Below, piece after piece: positions 1 through 10,825 of a stretch of DNA of 64,000 bases. A program made the translations under genes and the position numbers. The stretch's first letter is position 1. Each line of letters opens with the position of its first letter. This DNA comes from Dimorphilus gyrociliatus (Eukaryota > Animalia > Annelida), in NCBI GenBank assembly GCA_904063045.1, contig CAJFCJ010000057.1, positions 30,439-94,438 on the forward strand, read 5' to 3'. The notes beneath the pieces were generated by a model. The model searched no databases and was not told where the DNA came from. It was given only the letters and a program-made list of their open reading frames with translations.

Positions 1-45
1 TCTAAAGTTCTATAATATCTAAAGTCTGAATATCATTATGCTAAT
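1..45 (-). repeat. Terminus of a foldback-type repeat family (other copies at 37121-37665 and 41523-41830)
   Basis: Reverse complement gcataatgatattcagactttagatattatagaactttaga resembles ataatatttagacttagatattatagaactttaga near 41551 and the left arm near 37131. Confidence 0.6.
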
Positions 46-400
46 ATCTCTAATTTCACAGTTTGAATTCTTGAACAATTTTTCAACATATTTCCTATCT
101 GTTCAAAATGTTTGTTATGTAGATAACAACTTGAAAAGTTGATATGCTTCAAAGTATTTGTTGAAAGGAGAAGTCCTTTACAAATATTTTTTATCCCATT
201 TTCAATATTTTCATTTCCTCCTAAATGAATTGTTTCTAATTTTGAACAAGTTTTCAGTAATTTTTCATACATTGTTTAAAATACTGCTAACCTTGTGCTG
301 AAGAGAGAATTTAAAATATTTTATGCATTGACAAAAAATCTATCAACTTAATGGTTGTCAATAAGTATACAATCATACAACATATTACCTTTCTAAAACT
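36..400 (-). pseudogene. RNI-like LRR gene fragment, paralog of the 983-2750 LRR region, truncated by the repeat at 1-45
   Basis: ORF 36-272 (LETIHLGGNENIENGIKNICKGL..TLKHINFSSC) matches the 57-aa LRR unit of 1281-2750; upstream frames are broken. Confidence 0.65.
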
Positions 401-982
401 ATCAACATTAAGCAAAACTAATGTCAACACATCTATATATTTTTGGGTATGCCTGTAAACCTGTTTTTCTTTTTTTTTGTCAGATACCCACCATCTTACT
501 CACTAAAAATGCAAAAATCATTCATTGATCAGAATGTTTAATTCATAACACTCTCCCAAAGATTTTCATCAATGTGTGGGAAATCTTGTGGCCATCCAAT
601 GTTGTTTTCTAAAGTAGAATATTGTCTGTTGTTGAATACAAATATTTAAAATCTTTAAGAAATAGAAACAAGTGTAAATCATTTCTGTTTTGCCCAAAAT
701 ATTAATTTCCAAACAGATATGAATTGCTATAAAATTAATTGTAATTCTTCCAACAGAGATGTTTGAAAGGTTTTGCATAATGTACTAAATGATTAAAATA
801 TCCCTACGAATGATTTATATATTAGTTAACATATGCATGATATGTACTATGAGTACACAACTCAGTTTTGAATATCTATTCAAAGTTCATTACATATGTC
901 AATTCAGTCCATGTTTTAGTAATACATACTGTTCTAAAAATAGAAAACAAAAGTAAAACGAAATATAAACTGTGGTTTTTAA

Positions 983-2750
983 ATGGCGGCAAAACAATAT
1001 GTCATCAGTGAAAATGATCTTAAATGTGCAATTTGCTTAGATTCAGTGGTGGGAAAGGATCCAAGAATACTACTTTGTCAACATACGTATTGTTTTGGAT
1101 GTATTCAACAATTGGAAATGAAAAATCATGAAATCTGCTGTCCAGAATGCAGACAGACTATCAAAGTACCAAAAGGGGATATTAATCAACTTGAAAAAAA
1201 TCGAATTGTATACTTAAGAATATACTTAAGATTTAATAAAGAGCAAAAGCCTTTGCAAATATCATGGGGAAGCAACAGATATGTATTGCCAAACACATGG
1301 TATTGAAAGTTTATGTGTTTCTTGTTTGGATGACAAACATGAGACTTGTAGTATTATTTCAATGAAAAAATTTAAACAAATGAAAGAAAAATTTGATAGA
1401 TTTTTGGAAAAAGACAAAAAAAATACAACTGAGATTTTGAATAAAATTAATGAATATGAAAGAAAAGCAATAATAAAAATACAAAGAGAATATGATACTC
1501 TGAGGTTAAAGTTTTATGCACTAAATAGATTAAAGAGAGAATTTTTCCAGACATTTTCAAATCAACAAGAAACACTTGAAAAACTTTCACAAAGATCAAA
1601 TGAAAAAGAATTAGAAATTCACACAGATATTCGAGTTCGCTATAAATTTAACAATTATTTTGATACTGTTACTAGAGGTGAAGTAAATAAGTTTAATGAT
1701 TATCAATTGAAAACGTATTCAAATCTGAAAAGAGAATTAGAAAATGATAAAACTCAAATGTCTGAAACATCTATAGTTTTTCGTAAAGTTGAAGAGATGG
1801 AATATTTTTTATCAAAATATCCAAAAATATTTGTCAATTTTAAGGATTGTAAACTCAACATGAAACAATGTGAAATTATAGGAAGTTTACTACGGAAATT
1901 TTCTACGATAGAATCTATATGTCTATCCTCTAATTTGGATATGGATAATGGATTTTTGGATATTTGTAGTGGGCTTCGATTATCATCAAACAGTTTAAAG
2001 ATTCTACAGTTAAGTAATTGTTCTTTTAATGTTATACATACTAGAGAGATTGGAACTTTGCTACAGCGTTGTACCTCAATAGAAACCATACATCTATCTG
2101 GGAATACAATGATGGACAATGGAATAGTGGAGATTTCTCTCGGACTTGTACATTTAAAACACACTCTGAAGGATATTGATTTATCATTCTGTAAATTAAG
2201 TAATGATCAATGCACAGAAATTGCAAAAGGGATAAAATCCTGTTCCACACTAGAAACAATAAATTTGAATGGGAATAGAAATATGGGAAATGGAATCAAA
2301 AATATATTTGAAGGACTTCAAACTTCATCAAAAACCTTAAAGAATCTTCAAATTGAACTGTGTGATTTGAATGAGCTACAAAGCAAAGACATTGGAAATT
2401 TGCTAAAACATTGTTCTACAATAGAAACAATAAATCTATGTGGGAATACTGAAATGAAAAAGGAAGTAATAAATATTTGTAATGCTCTTCAAATGTCATA
2501 TAACACTTTGAAAAATTTAGATTTATCTCGTTGCAAATTGACTAAAGGAAAAAGATCACTGATTGAAAATTTGTTAAAGAGTTGGGGTGCGAACGTACCT
2601 GGGTGTGAACGTACCCGGGTGCGAACGTACCCTGGGCGGGTGCGAACGTACCCAGGTACGTTCGCACCCTATTTTTATATTTATTTTATTTTTGAATTTT
2701 TGAATAAAAGATTTAGCTATAAATCTAAAAGTATGTATTTAAAAGACTAA
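983..2750 (+). CDS. TRIM-like E3 ligase: RING + B-box2 + coiled coil + RNI-like LRRs; C-terminus replaced by read-through into a MULE TIR
   Basis: C3HC4 RING (CAIC..CQH..CFGC..CPEC); B-box CKYH..YCQTH..CVSC..H in the next frame, joinable by a 34-nt GT-AG intron at 1208-1241; four ~57-aa LRR pairs. Confidence 0.8.
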
Positions 2751-5260
2751 ATATTATACTAAAAAACAATAAAGCTTGACAAATGATATTTATGCTGGAG
2801 AGTAGATATGGGATGTCTGCATTAATAGATCAATTGATGTCAATTTGTTCAACTTGAAATCATCCCATAAATCAAAAATTTTCTTTTGGATGTCAATATA
2901 CTTTTTCTTTTGATGTTTGTAAATCCTTTTTTCTGACAGTAATTTCTCATAAACTGCAATCAACTCAGACTCTTTTTTTAGCTCATCAACCAGCATGTAA
3001 AAAGAACCTTTAGCAGGCAGCTTACTATTCATTCTTTGATGCCATCCTTCACAATCATTATTGGTCCTAATAGACAAACCAAAAACTGACCAGTTATTTG
3101 GTTTCCATAATTTATTTTTGATCCAGTTTGTTTGGAAGTATTGCAGCAGGTCCAAAAATCTATTTTTTTCACAAAGTTCTGCATTTATGCTGTCAAATGT
3201 TGGTTGAATAATATGTGCTGGCAAGAATGGCAGAGCCATCAATTTTCTGAAATCTTTCCAATCATTTCCTTTTTCTTTGTATTTCTTTACATAGCCAAGA
3301 GCCTATTCAATAATATAAGTTATTTAATAGATAATGTTATATATATTTGAATGTAACTGACTTGTATTTTCCTGTATACTGCTTGTGTGAAATGAAATAC
3401 ACAACCTTGAAATTCAGTGAGGGGATATACTTTTGATAATGCTTTCCATAGTCCTTTTTCAAAATCCATTGTAATTCTTTTTGGATGAAAATCATTGATA
3501 AGATTGTTGATATGCTACAAAAAAGCAACTTTATTTATCATCACTTTTGAAGAGATAATATGAAATATTTACTTGAAATGCTTGTAAGTATGCTTTGGTA
3601 TGCTTTGAAGTCAGAAAAATAAAAACAAGAGGAACTTGCTTCATATCACCACTCTTCTTAACAAATGAGTGAATAGTGACAAGTTGATAAAATGGTTCTT
3701 TTACAATCTTGAAAGTACCATCAATGTACCAACAGTTGGATTTTGATAATAAATTCAGCTGATGGTTTGTTGCAAAGATTAAAATTCTTTCTCCATTTTC
3801 ACAAATATCTTTCTGCAAAAATTCATCAGGCAAAAATGTTTCATCTAAATTAAAGTTGTACACTTTAGGTTCCACTGGCCTAAACTTTTGTCTATTTGAG
3901 TTTGCCATTCTCTTCAAATAGTTGATATCAGGAAGACAAGTTGCATTGGGTTCATAGGATAGAAGAACTTTTTCAGCAATGCTTCTTCCAGATGTTTGAT
4001 TATCACTTCTGCAAACAATTTTCAAATCTGTTTTCACTTTAATATCCACTTCTAAATTCTTTTTTCTGTTGTGATTATGTTCCAAATTGCCTTTGAGAAA
4101 TAAATTTCCATTTTGTCTTATTCTGGCCACACATCTTTTCTTCTTACTTCTCACACTGCACACCCAAATAGTACTTGATGGTGTTTTATGTTTAACAACA
4201 AAAGAATATCCATCATTCAGTAAAATGTCATGTCCCTTTCTACTTCCTCCTTTTACAATCTCAAAATCACTTTTTGTGGATGATTCACAATATTCTTCAG
4301 CATTCTCTTCAACTTCCTCCAAAGAGTCTAGGTCCATTGATTGTCATTCTGAAAGAACATGATTTTCATCCTCCAATATTGATTCCTCAACTGCAGCAAT
4401 CTTATTTCTTTCATCAATAAAGCTTTCTTCAGAATTTACTTTGAATTGATGAATTTCCAGATTAGTTAACTTCTTGAGCATGACAGTACATTTTCTTTTG
4501 TTACAAGGTTTGCAAATTGGTATGTTATGTGTTTCTATAAGAATATGTTAAAAAATATAATTACATGAAAGCTGATTAAAGAGTTACATACCTGTGCATT
4601 TCCTATGAATAAGATTCTTACAAAGGCTGCATTTCAAATATTTTTGCCTTCCATAAATTGTTGAATGACAATTGTGACATTTGAAAGCCATTTTTTAATC
4701 TTCAATCAAATGTAGATGGTTATCTAAAAATATTTCCAGTTATCAATAAATTTCCTTTCCAAATATTCAAAATGGCTGAAATTTTATTTATGAAAAATAT
4801 TCAGCTTTTTCACAATTGAATATAGTATATTACATCAAAATATCATGAATCAACAATCTCAATGATTAGATATAAATACTCACTTCTGTTGAAGCTTCCA
4901 AGAAGAACTTTGTCCAAATTTATTCAGTAAATATAGCTTTACTTTTGCAAGGATAAATATTCCAAGTGAAAGTTTATTTAATAAAACTATCACTATTAAA
5001 ATGGCTGCTATTTCACTTTCAACAACATTTTCTTTTAAAGTAGTAATAATATTGTTGGGATATGTATTCTATTTAATATCTGCATTCTATCTAATCAATA
5101 TATTAACAATTATATTATGAAGGAAAAGAAGGAAAACAGGGTGTCAATGTACATGTTTATTCAAAAATTCAAAAATATAAAAATTGGGTGCGAACATACC
5201 CAGGTACATTTGCACCCACCCAGGGTACGTTCACACTCAGGTACATTCGCACCCAACCCC
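2578..5260 (-). mobile_element. Mutator/MULE DNA transposon with ~120-bp terminal inverted repeats
   Basis: Left gagttggggtgcgaacgtacc..ttttgaatttttgaataaa matches the reverse complement of the right end; imperfect TSD aattt-gttaa / aatttagttaa; internal transposase. Confidence 0.9.
2790..4691 (-). pseudogene. MULE transposase (PHD finger, FLYWCH-like, MULE DDE domain), 4 exons, in-frame TGA at 4346-4344
   Basis: Exons about 4691-4592, 4534-3573, 3513-3364, 3302-2790; motifs WYIDGTFK, ITMDFEKG, GCVFHFTQAV, RTNNDCEGWH. Confidence 0.85.
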
Positions 5261-6576
5261 AATTTAGTTAATTTCAACAAAATTATAGCAAGATGAATAA
5301 TTCAATACATAGTTAATCAATCTCACTTGCTTTCTCTCTCTCTCTTCTCTCCTATAAATAAGTTTCCATTCAACCTCAAAGATGGATAAGGATTTACATA
5401 GGCCTAAAATGTTTATAAGTGTGGATTTTTTTATAAGAAAAAAAAAGGGATTTTTTACAAACATCTCTCCATTTTCTGTCAAATTATCTATCTGAAATAT
5501 TAAATGTCCCAACTGGACAGAAATTATCTCTAGTTATTTCCATTTGCCCAACTAATCATACTACCTGCAACTCTTAACTGACCATTTATTTCACTATGTA
5601 TTCTATTGCCCAAATCGACTAAAGCAGTGAACCTTAAGATATCATCATAATCATTGCTACTGTATGAAGCATATACAGTAGTAGGAATTGTTAAAAATAA
5701 TCTAAGCCAATAGTACATGTATGTTTAAAAACTGGTAGATATGACCCTACAGAGGTATGTATGTATCGATACATATACTACCAGTTAATTTATTTCCTCC
5801 CTCCACAACTATTTCAAACATTACAAAGTAGGTGTTATTACTTAATGCCCTTTGCTTCTATTACAACTTCTATTTACAACACTGGCGCTGGATTTCAAAA
5901 ATGGCCTTCTTTTGTGAAATACTCTAAATTGATCTAATAATATTGAAATGTGGACTTTTCGCTTATGCCCCTCCTCTTCAAGTACTTTTTCCTCCTGGGA
6001 TAGTTCATTGGCCTTATAGTTTGGAACAACATGTCTGCTCACAATAAGGCTCCATTCACCATTGAATTTGATGCAGCCAAACACCATAGTGCTCCCTGCC
6101 CCAAAATTGTATGATGTTCAAGGTAAATGTTGGATTTTTCCTTACAAATCCTCTCCTCATGTAGCGTCCTTTGGATTCACCTGAAAAATTCACATTTTCC
6201 ACCTTTCTGTTTCCCACTTACTGTTCTCTGTTTAGAACTCTATTTTGTGTGGGTGATACTCTTTAACTAATGCGGCATCTCCAAACAAATTCTAAACTAA
6301 CCCTGCTATTAATTTTCGCATTCCGCCTAGTGTTACCTGAATTCCTCAGATGTTTACATTCAATGCTGAAATACACATAAATATATATATATATTTGTGT
6401 AATATCGCTATGCACTGGATAGTGGAGAATAGAACCTATTTGTGTTGTCCAGGCTTCAAAATTTCATTGCTTAATTGAAAATACATGTTTAATAGGATAG
6501 TAAGTTAGAGATTAAAAGAAAATAGAATAATGAAAGATGCATTGACTCTTTTCATATTGGAATAAATCCCAAGGCA

Positions 6577-6700
6577 GAAGCTGCCCAGAAATTGATTGAA
6601 GCCGCCCAGAGCTGTGATAGAAGTCACCCACAACTATGATAGAAGTTGCCCAGAGCTATAAAAGAAGTTGGCCACACCTGTAACAGAAGTGAACCTGTGT
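6577..6700 (+). repeat. Degenerate ~22-bp minisatellite, about 6 units
   Basis: Units gaagctgcccagaaattgatt, gaagccgcccagagctgtgata, gaagtcacccacaactatgata, gaagttgcccagagctataaaa etc. Confidence 0.8.
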
Positions 6701-6717
6701 CAAATTTTCAAACTGCT

Positions 6718-6792
6718 CCGATTTACTTGAAATTTTGTACAGAGTAAGGTATAGAACACACCAATTACTGTACAAAATTTGAGCCAAATCGG
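6718..6792. repeat. Palindrome with 25-bp arms, probably internal to a non-autonomous transposon
   Basis: ccgatttacttgaaattttgtacag ... ctgtacaaaatttgagccaaatcgg. Confidence 0.75.
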
Positions 6793-6927
6793 CCCAGGCG
6801 TTTAGGAGCTACGGCCGTTTGAAATAAACGTAGGTCACAACAAGTTGTCATGTGTGTGTGACTGCCACCAACTTTTTCTGATATTCGTCCTCACCTTCTA
6901 CACCAATTAGAGGGTAACCTATCAAGT

Positions 6928-7390
6928 TTATTCAAGTAGTAAGCAAGTTTCAATAAGATTTATATTGTATATCTTTATTGGATTGCTGCCAATTTTAATT
7001 TCAATCTTTTTTAGCAAAGCAGAAGATTCAACTACTCTTTGAACAACACACACTTGAATAACATCATAAGCTTTTTTAAAAGTGATCTTTATCCATGATG
7101 ATTTACAGTCTAGATTTGATGAACATGTTGCTGCCCAGTCATTATGATTAATCCAGAAAGGCTCTTGTGCAAATTCACATTTCTGATCAATTGGTGTAGT
7201 ATGTACACTTGAGGCTGTACAAGCTGCTCCATTACTTTTGCTAGCAATATTTATTAGTTTTCCATCTATGGGCAAAGAATAAAGCTTATTATACTTTAAA
7301 TTTATTCATATAATATAATTTACCAGTTATCATTACACTATTTTCAACTAGCAGAAGAAATAGAGCGAAAATGATGAACATTTTCAACAT
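6928..7390 (-). CDS. Small secreted discoidin/F5-8 type C (galactose-binding-like) domain protein
   Basis: Signal-peptide exon MLKMFIIFALFLLLVENS; main exon with TASS..W..SWIKITFKKAYDVIQVCVVQR pattern; splice sites and 3' end uncertain. Confidence 0.55.
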
Positions 7391-7691
7391 ATCTTTCAAT
7401 ATTTATAAATATAAATGTCGTTGGAATTAGATTTCTATATATATTTATAAGATATAGAGATATTGAATTATTGAATATATTTCCTCTTTATTTACCAATT
7501 TCTATCTTATGCTGACAAAAAAAGCAAAGTTTAGCTATTCTTAATTCTTTCTAGAAAATTGAAGTCTAAAGATTCATTTGGTTGGTGTAATCAATACATT
7601 TCTCCTCTGTATTAGGCTTAAAGATTGATTGATTAATATGAGACTTTTTTCTAGACCTCTTGTCAATCATGCTCCAGTAGATGGAAATTTA

Positions 7692-7898
7692 GGGGTTGGG
7701 TGCGGACGTACCCATTTGCAAGTATAGCCTACCCTGATAACATTTTAGGGGAGGGTTAGTTTGTTAATTTAGATGGATTTATATTTAGAGGGGTTCCAAT
7801 TTACGATTAGGCAATATACATAACACAGATATTACGCTCAACTTCTGATATATTAGGGTATGCTTCTATCCTCCATGGGTACGTTCGCACCCCCACCC
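7692..7898. mobile_element. 207-bp MITE of the same MULE TIR family as 2578-5260
   Basis: ggggttgggtgcggacgtaccc ... gggtacgttcgcacccccaccc; 9-bp TSD ggaaattta / gaaaattta. Confidence 0.9.
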
Positions 7899-8412
7899 GA
7901 AAATTTAGAGGCTATGGAATGGGAAGAACAAAAATGAATTACACAAAGTTACAAAGGGTTTCACGGTAGCACTAACTCATTTTTATGCATTTTGAAATTG
8001 CTGTTCTAAAATCATCATTTCTTATAAATTGCAAGAACAAAGATATTTTTATACATGAAAATAGATATAAATCAATGCTTATATTCCTATAAATTGATAT
8101 GCCTATATTCTTTCTTTATGAATATATGATGTTTGTCTGGTAAAAAATGTAATTTTTGTGATATTGTTCTACAAGAATTATTGAGGTTTATCAATCAATT
8201 TTTCAACAAATAGGAAAAGTTTGCTAGATAGTTTCTCTGTAGCAGAATGATCAGAACATGTATTCATTAATATTAATAACATAAAATGTAAATAGGTCGT
8301 TGATACACATAAATAGGTTCCGATGGGTGCAATTTCAAATAAGTTTGGCTACATCAAGTTACGATTTTCCCCTTTCCTTTAAAACTGTCGTTTGCCTATG
8401 TGCTTTTATTAA

Positions 8413-9006
8413 TTGTTCGCAGTTCAATACAAAATGAAGGCCTATAACTTCAATATTGACAATGAATTGAATTTTTTAGAAAAAGCAGAAGTTAACATGG
8501 CAGGCAAGGGAATGGACTATTGGATTTCTCATTTAAATTTAAAACCACATCCGGAAGGTGGATATTATACTGAAAGTTTTAGGAGTAAAGATTTCATACC
8601 AAGTAAATGTACGGAAGGAAAATTTGATGGAAAAAGAAGTTATTTAACTTCAATTTATTTCCTGTTATCGGATGGTAATTTTTCTGCTTTTCATCGTTTA
8701 AAACAAGACGAAATTTGGAGTTATCATACTGGTTCAACAATTTTCGTTCATATTATTAACGATGATGGATCCTACGAGAAACATAAAGTTGGTTTGAATA
8801 TTGAAGACGGTGAAACTCCCCAATTTGTTATCAAAGCAGGACAATGGTTTTCCTATCACGTTGAAGAGGAAAATGGTTTTACTCTTGTTGGGTGTGTCGT
8901 TGTTCCTGGATTTGAATTTGCCGATTTTGAACTTGGTAAGAGGCAAGATTTAATTGCCAAATATCCTCAACATAAGGATATTATAACAAAATATACAAGA
9001 AACTGA
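8413..9006 (+). CDS. DUF985 (Cupin_5, YML079W-like) cupin, intronless; true start probably the ATG at about 8437 or 8497
   Basis: LNLKPHPEGGYY, TSIYFLL, SAFHRLKQDEIWSYH, PQFVIKAGQWF, LVGCVVVPGFEFADFEL. Confidence 0.9.
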   Translation: MFAVQYKMKAYNFNIDNELNFLEKAEVNMAGKGMDYWISHLNLKPHPEGGYYTESFRSKDFIPSKCTEGKFDGKRSYLTSIYFLLSDGNFSAFHRLKQDEIWSYHTGSTIFVHIINDDGSYEKHKVGLNIEDGETPQFVIKAGQWFSYHVEEENGFTLVGCVVVPGFEFADFELGKRQDLIAKYPQHKDIITKYTRN

Positions 9007-9476
9007 CATAAAGCTTTGAAAATAGAGAAGATATCCATACTACACCAAGAACATCAGTATTTATGAACACAATGAGAACACTTTGAACAAAAATTCAAAA
9101 TGCAAAATTTAATATCTCAACCATTACATTTTGACAGTAAATTTACAAAATAATCGTTTGAATTTTGTGAATTTCAACTATAATTCTTCATGAAAACTGT
9201 TACAATTTTTACTATAACTAAAAATATAAATATAGAATCAGTTTTTCATGTATTCAATTTTTTGAAAGTATGTCATTCTATTCAAAAAAAAGTAACATCT
9301 GTCGTTCAAACAAGTTAACTATTATTTACCATAATACTATTCCAACATAACCCAGTGTCCATGATATTTCTGGACACTGCCCTATAATTGAAACTACTTT
9401 TGATATGTTATGCAGATAATAAAAAATTTGTTTCTTTAGATAAAAAAAAATAGATATTTAACCCTAAAAGAAGATA

Positions 9477-10706
9477 ATGGCTGAGAATTGTCTGACCCTG
9501 ATTTGTTTAAAAGAAATTGGAAAGAATTTAATAGCATTAGGTGAATATTGCTCAAGTCAAAAACTATTTTTACCTGATAGAATATCTCATCTTATTATTA
9601 ATTATGTTTTTACAAATAACAAATTATTAACAACAAAAGAATTAAAATTCTTTTTATCAAATATTTTAAATATTTCAAACTTCAATTTAATTTATGAACA
9701 ATACGAAAAAGATGAAACATTTGAATTTCTACAAAATCAACCAATAACTGTTTTACAATTAAAAAATATTAATTGTTTTAATGAGTATTTCTTTTCAAAT
9801 AATCTACAAGAATTATCTCTTTATAATTGTCAAATTAAGGATTTTAATGAAAACTTATTACATCAGTTTAAAGGCAATTTAAACATGTCCCATTTAAAAA
9901 TTATCTTACCGGAAATGGATTTTCTCTTTCCAGCCAAATCTCCTAATTTTTATCATAAACTATTTTCAATTATGCAATCATCATCATTAATAAGTTTTGA
10001 ATTTGAAACTGCTTGCGTTTACGCTTCTATTATCAATTTTTTTGAAAACTGGTTAGAACAGTGTATAAATCTGGAGAGATTGATTCTAATAGGAACGTTT
10101 AATTTTGCAAATTTTCGCCATATTTCTTCTGCATTTAAAGCAATGGGACATTCGCTAAAAGAATTAACATTACAAGTTTTAAATCTTGAATTTGATGAAA
10201 TTCATATGTTTGAAAATTCACTTCAGTATCTTACAAATCTTGAAAAATTCAATCTAACAATAAAAATATACTCTGCTAGCTCATTTACATATAATTTAAA
10301 TGAACTAAAATCATGTGGACATTCATTAAGAATATTTAAATTACATGTAAATAGAGTTAGTATTTTATATTTGTGTAAAGCTTTGGAATGTTGTACAAGT
10401 CTTGAAATCATTGAAATTCTGTCAAGAATTCCAATCGATACTCAAGTCATTACTACTGCATTAAAATCATCAATAAATACTGTAAAACAGTTAAATATTG
10501 GAGTTGTACCTAAAGAAGAACATTGGTTTTCTTCAATCGTTGATTTCTTGGAAGAGTGTTCCTCTGCTCGAAAATGTTCAATATTTATAAAATATTTTCA
10601 CAAACAAAGAGCAAAAAATATCTTGAAAAGATTGATATCGCTATCGTCATCGCCTGATCATTTAAATAATATAATGATATCAATTAAACGATTTCGGGAT
10701 GAGTAG
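9477..10706 (+). CDS. Intronless LRR protein with N-terminal BC-box/Cullin-box-like motif (ZER1/ZYG11/PRAME-type layout)
   Basis: CLTLICLKEI fits LxxxCxxxI, followed by LPDRISHLI; LxxLxL repeats (LQELSL, LERLIL, LKELTL, LEKFNL, LRIFKL). Confidence 0.7.
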   Translation: MAENCLTLICLKEIGKNLIALGEYCSSQKLFLPDRISHLIINYVFTNNKLLTTKELKFFLSNILNISNFNLIYEQYEKDETFEFLQNQPITVLQLKNINCFNEYFFSNNLQELSLYNCQIKDFNENLLHQFKGNLNMSHLKIILPEMDFLFPAKSPNFYHKLFSIMQSSSLISFEFETACVYASIINFFENWLEQCINLERLILIGTFNFANFRHISSAFKAMGHSLKELTLQVLNLEFDEIHMFENSLQYLTNLEKFNLTIKIYSASSFTYNLNELKSCGHSLRIFKLHVNRVSILYLCKALECCTSLEIIEILSRIPIDTQVITTALKSSINTVKQLNIGVVPKEEHWFSSIVDFLEECSSARKCSIFIKYFHKQRAKNILKRLISLSSSPDHLNNIMISIKRFRDE

Positions 10707-10825
10707 CGTACTCTGTGAACCTTAACCAACTTAGCATCTTTATCAACAAAAGCACACTAAACTTGATACAATGATATTTTAGATAAGAGAAAAAAAGGGG
10801 CGAGGTTGTCAATGTCATTTTTAAA

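Noticed and set aside
4344-4346. TGA as selenocysteine or programmed readthrough in the MULE transposase
   Set aside because: No SECIS evidence and it lies in a low-complexity linker; other family copies carry ordinary nonsense mutations, so decay is simpler.
5530-5718. 62-aa ORF with a signal-like start
   Set aside because: Too short, with no domain or splice support.
5842-6180. ORF of 81 aa, possibly a retroelement fragment
   Set aside because: No convincing motif in any frame; left unassigned.
6577-6700. CRISPR-like array
   Set aside because: Units are contiguous and degenerate with no unique spacers, there are no cas genes, and the context is eukaryotic.
8413-9006. Bacterial contamination or a prokaryotic operon
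   Set aside because: Composition matches the host, neighbouring genes have spliceosomal introns, and there is no gap nearby.
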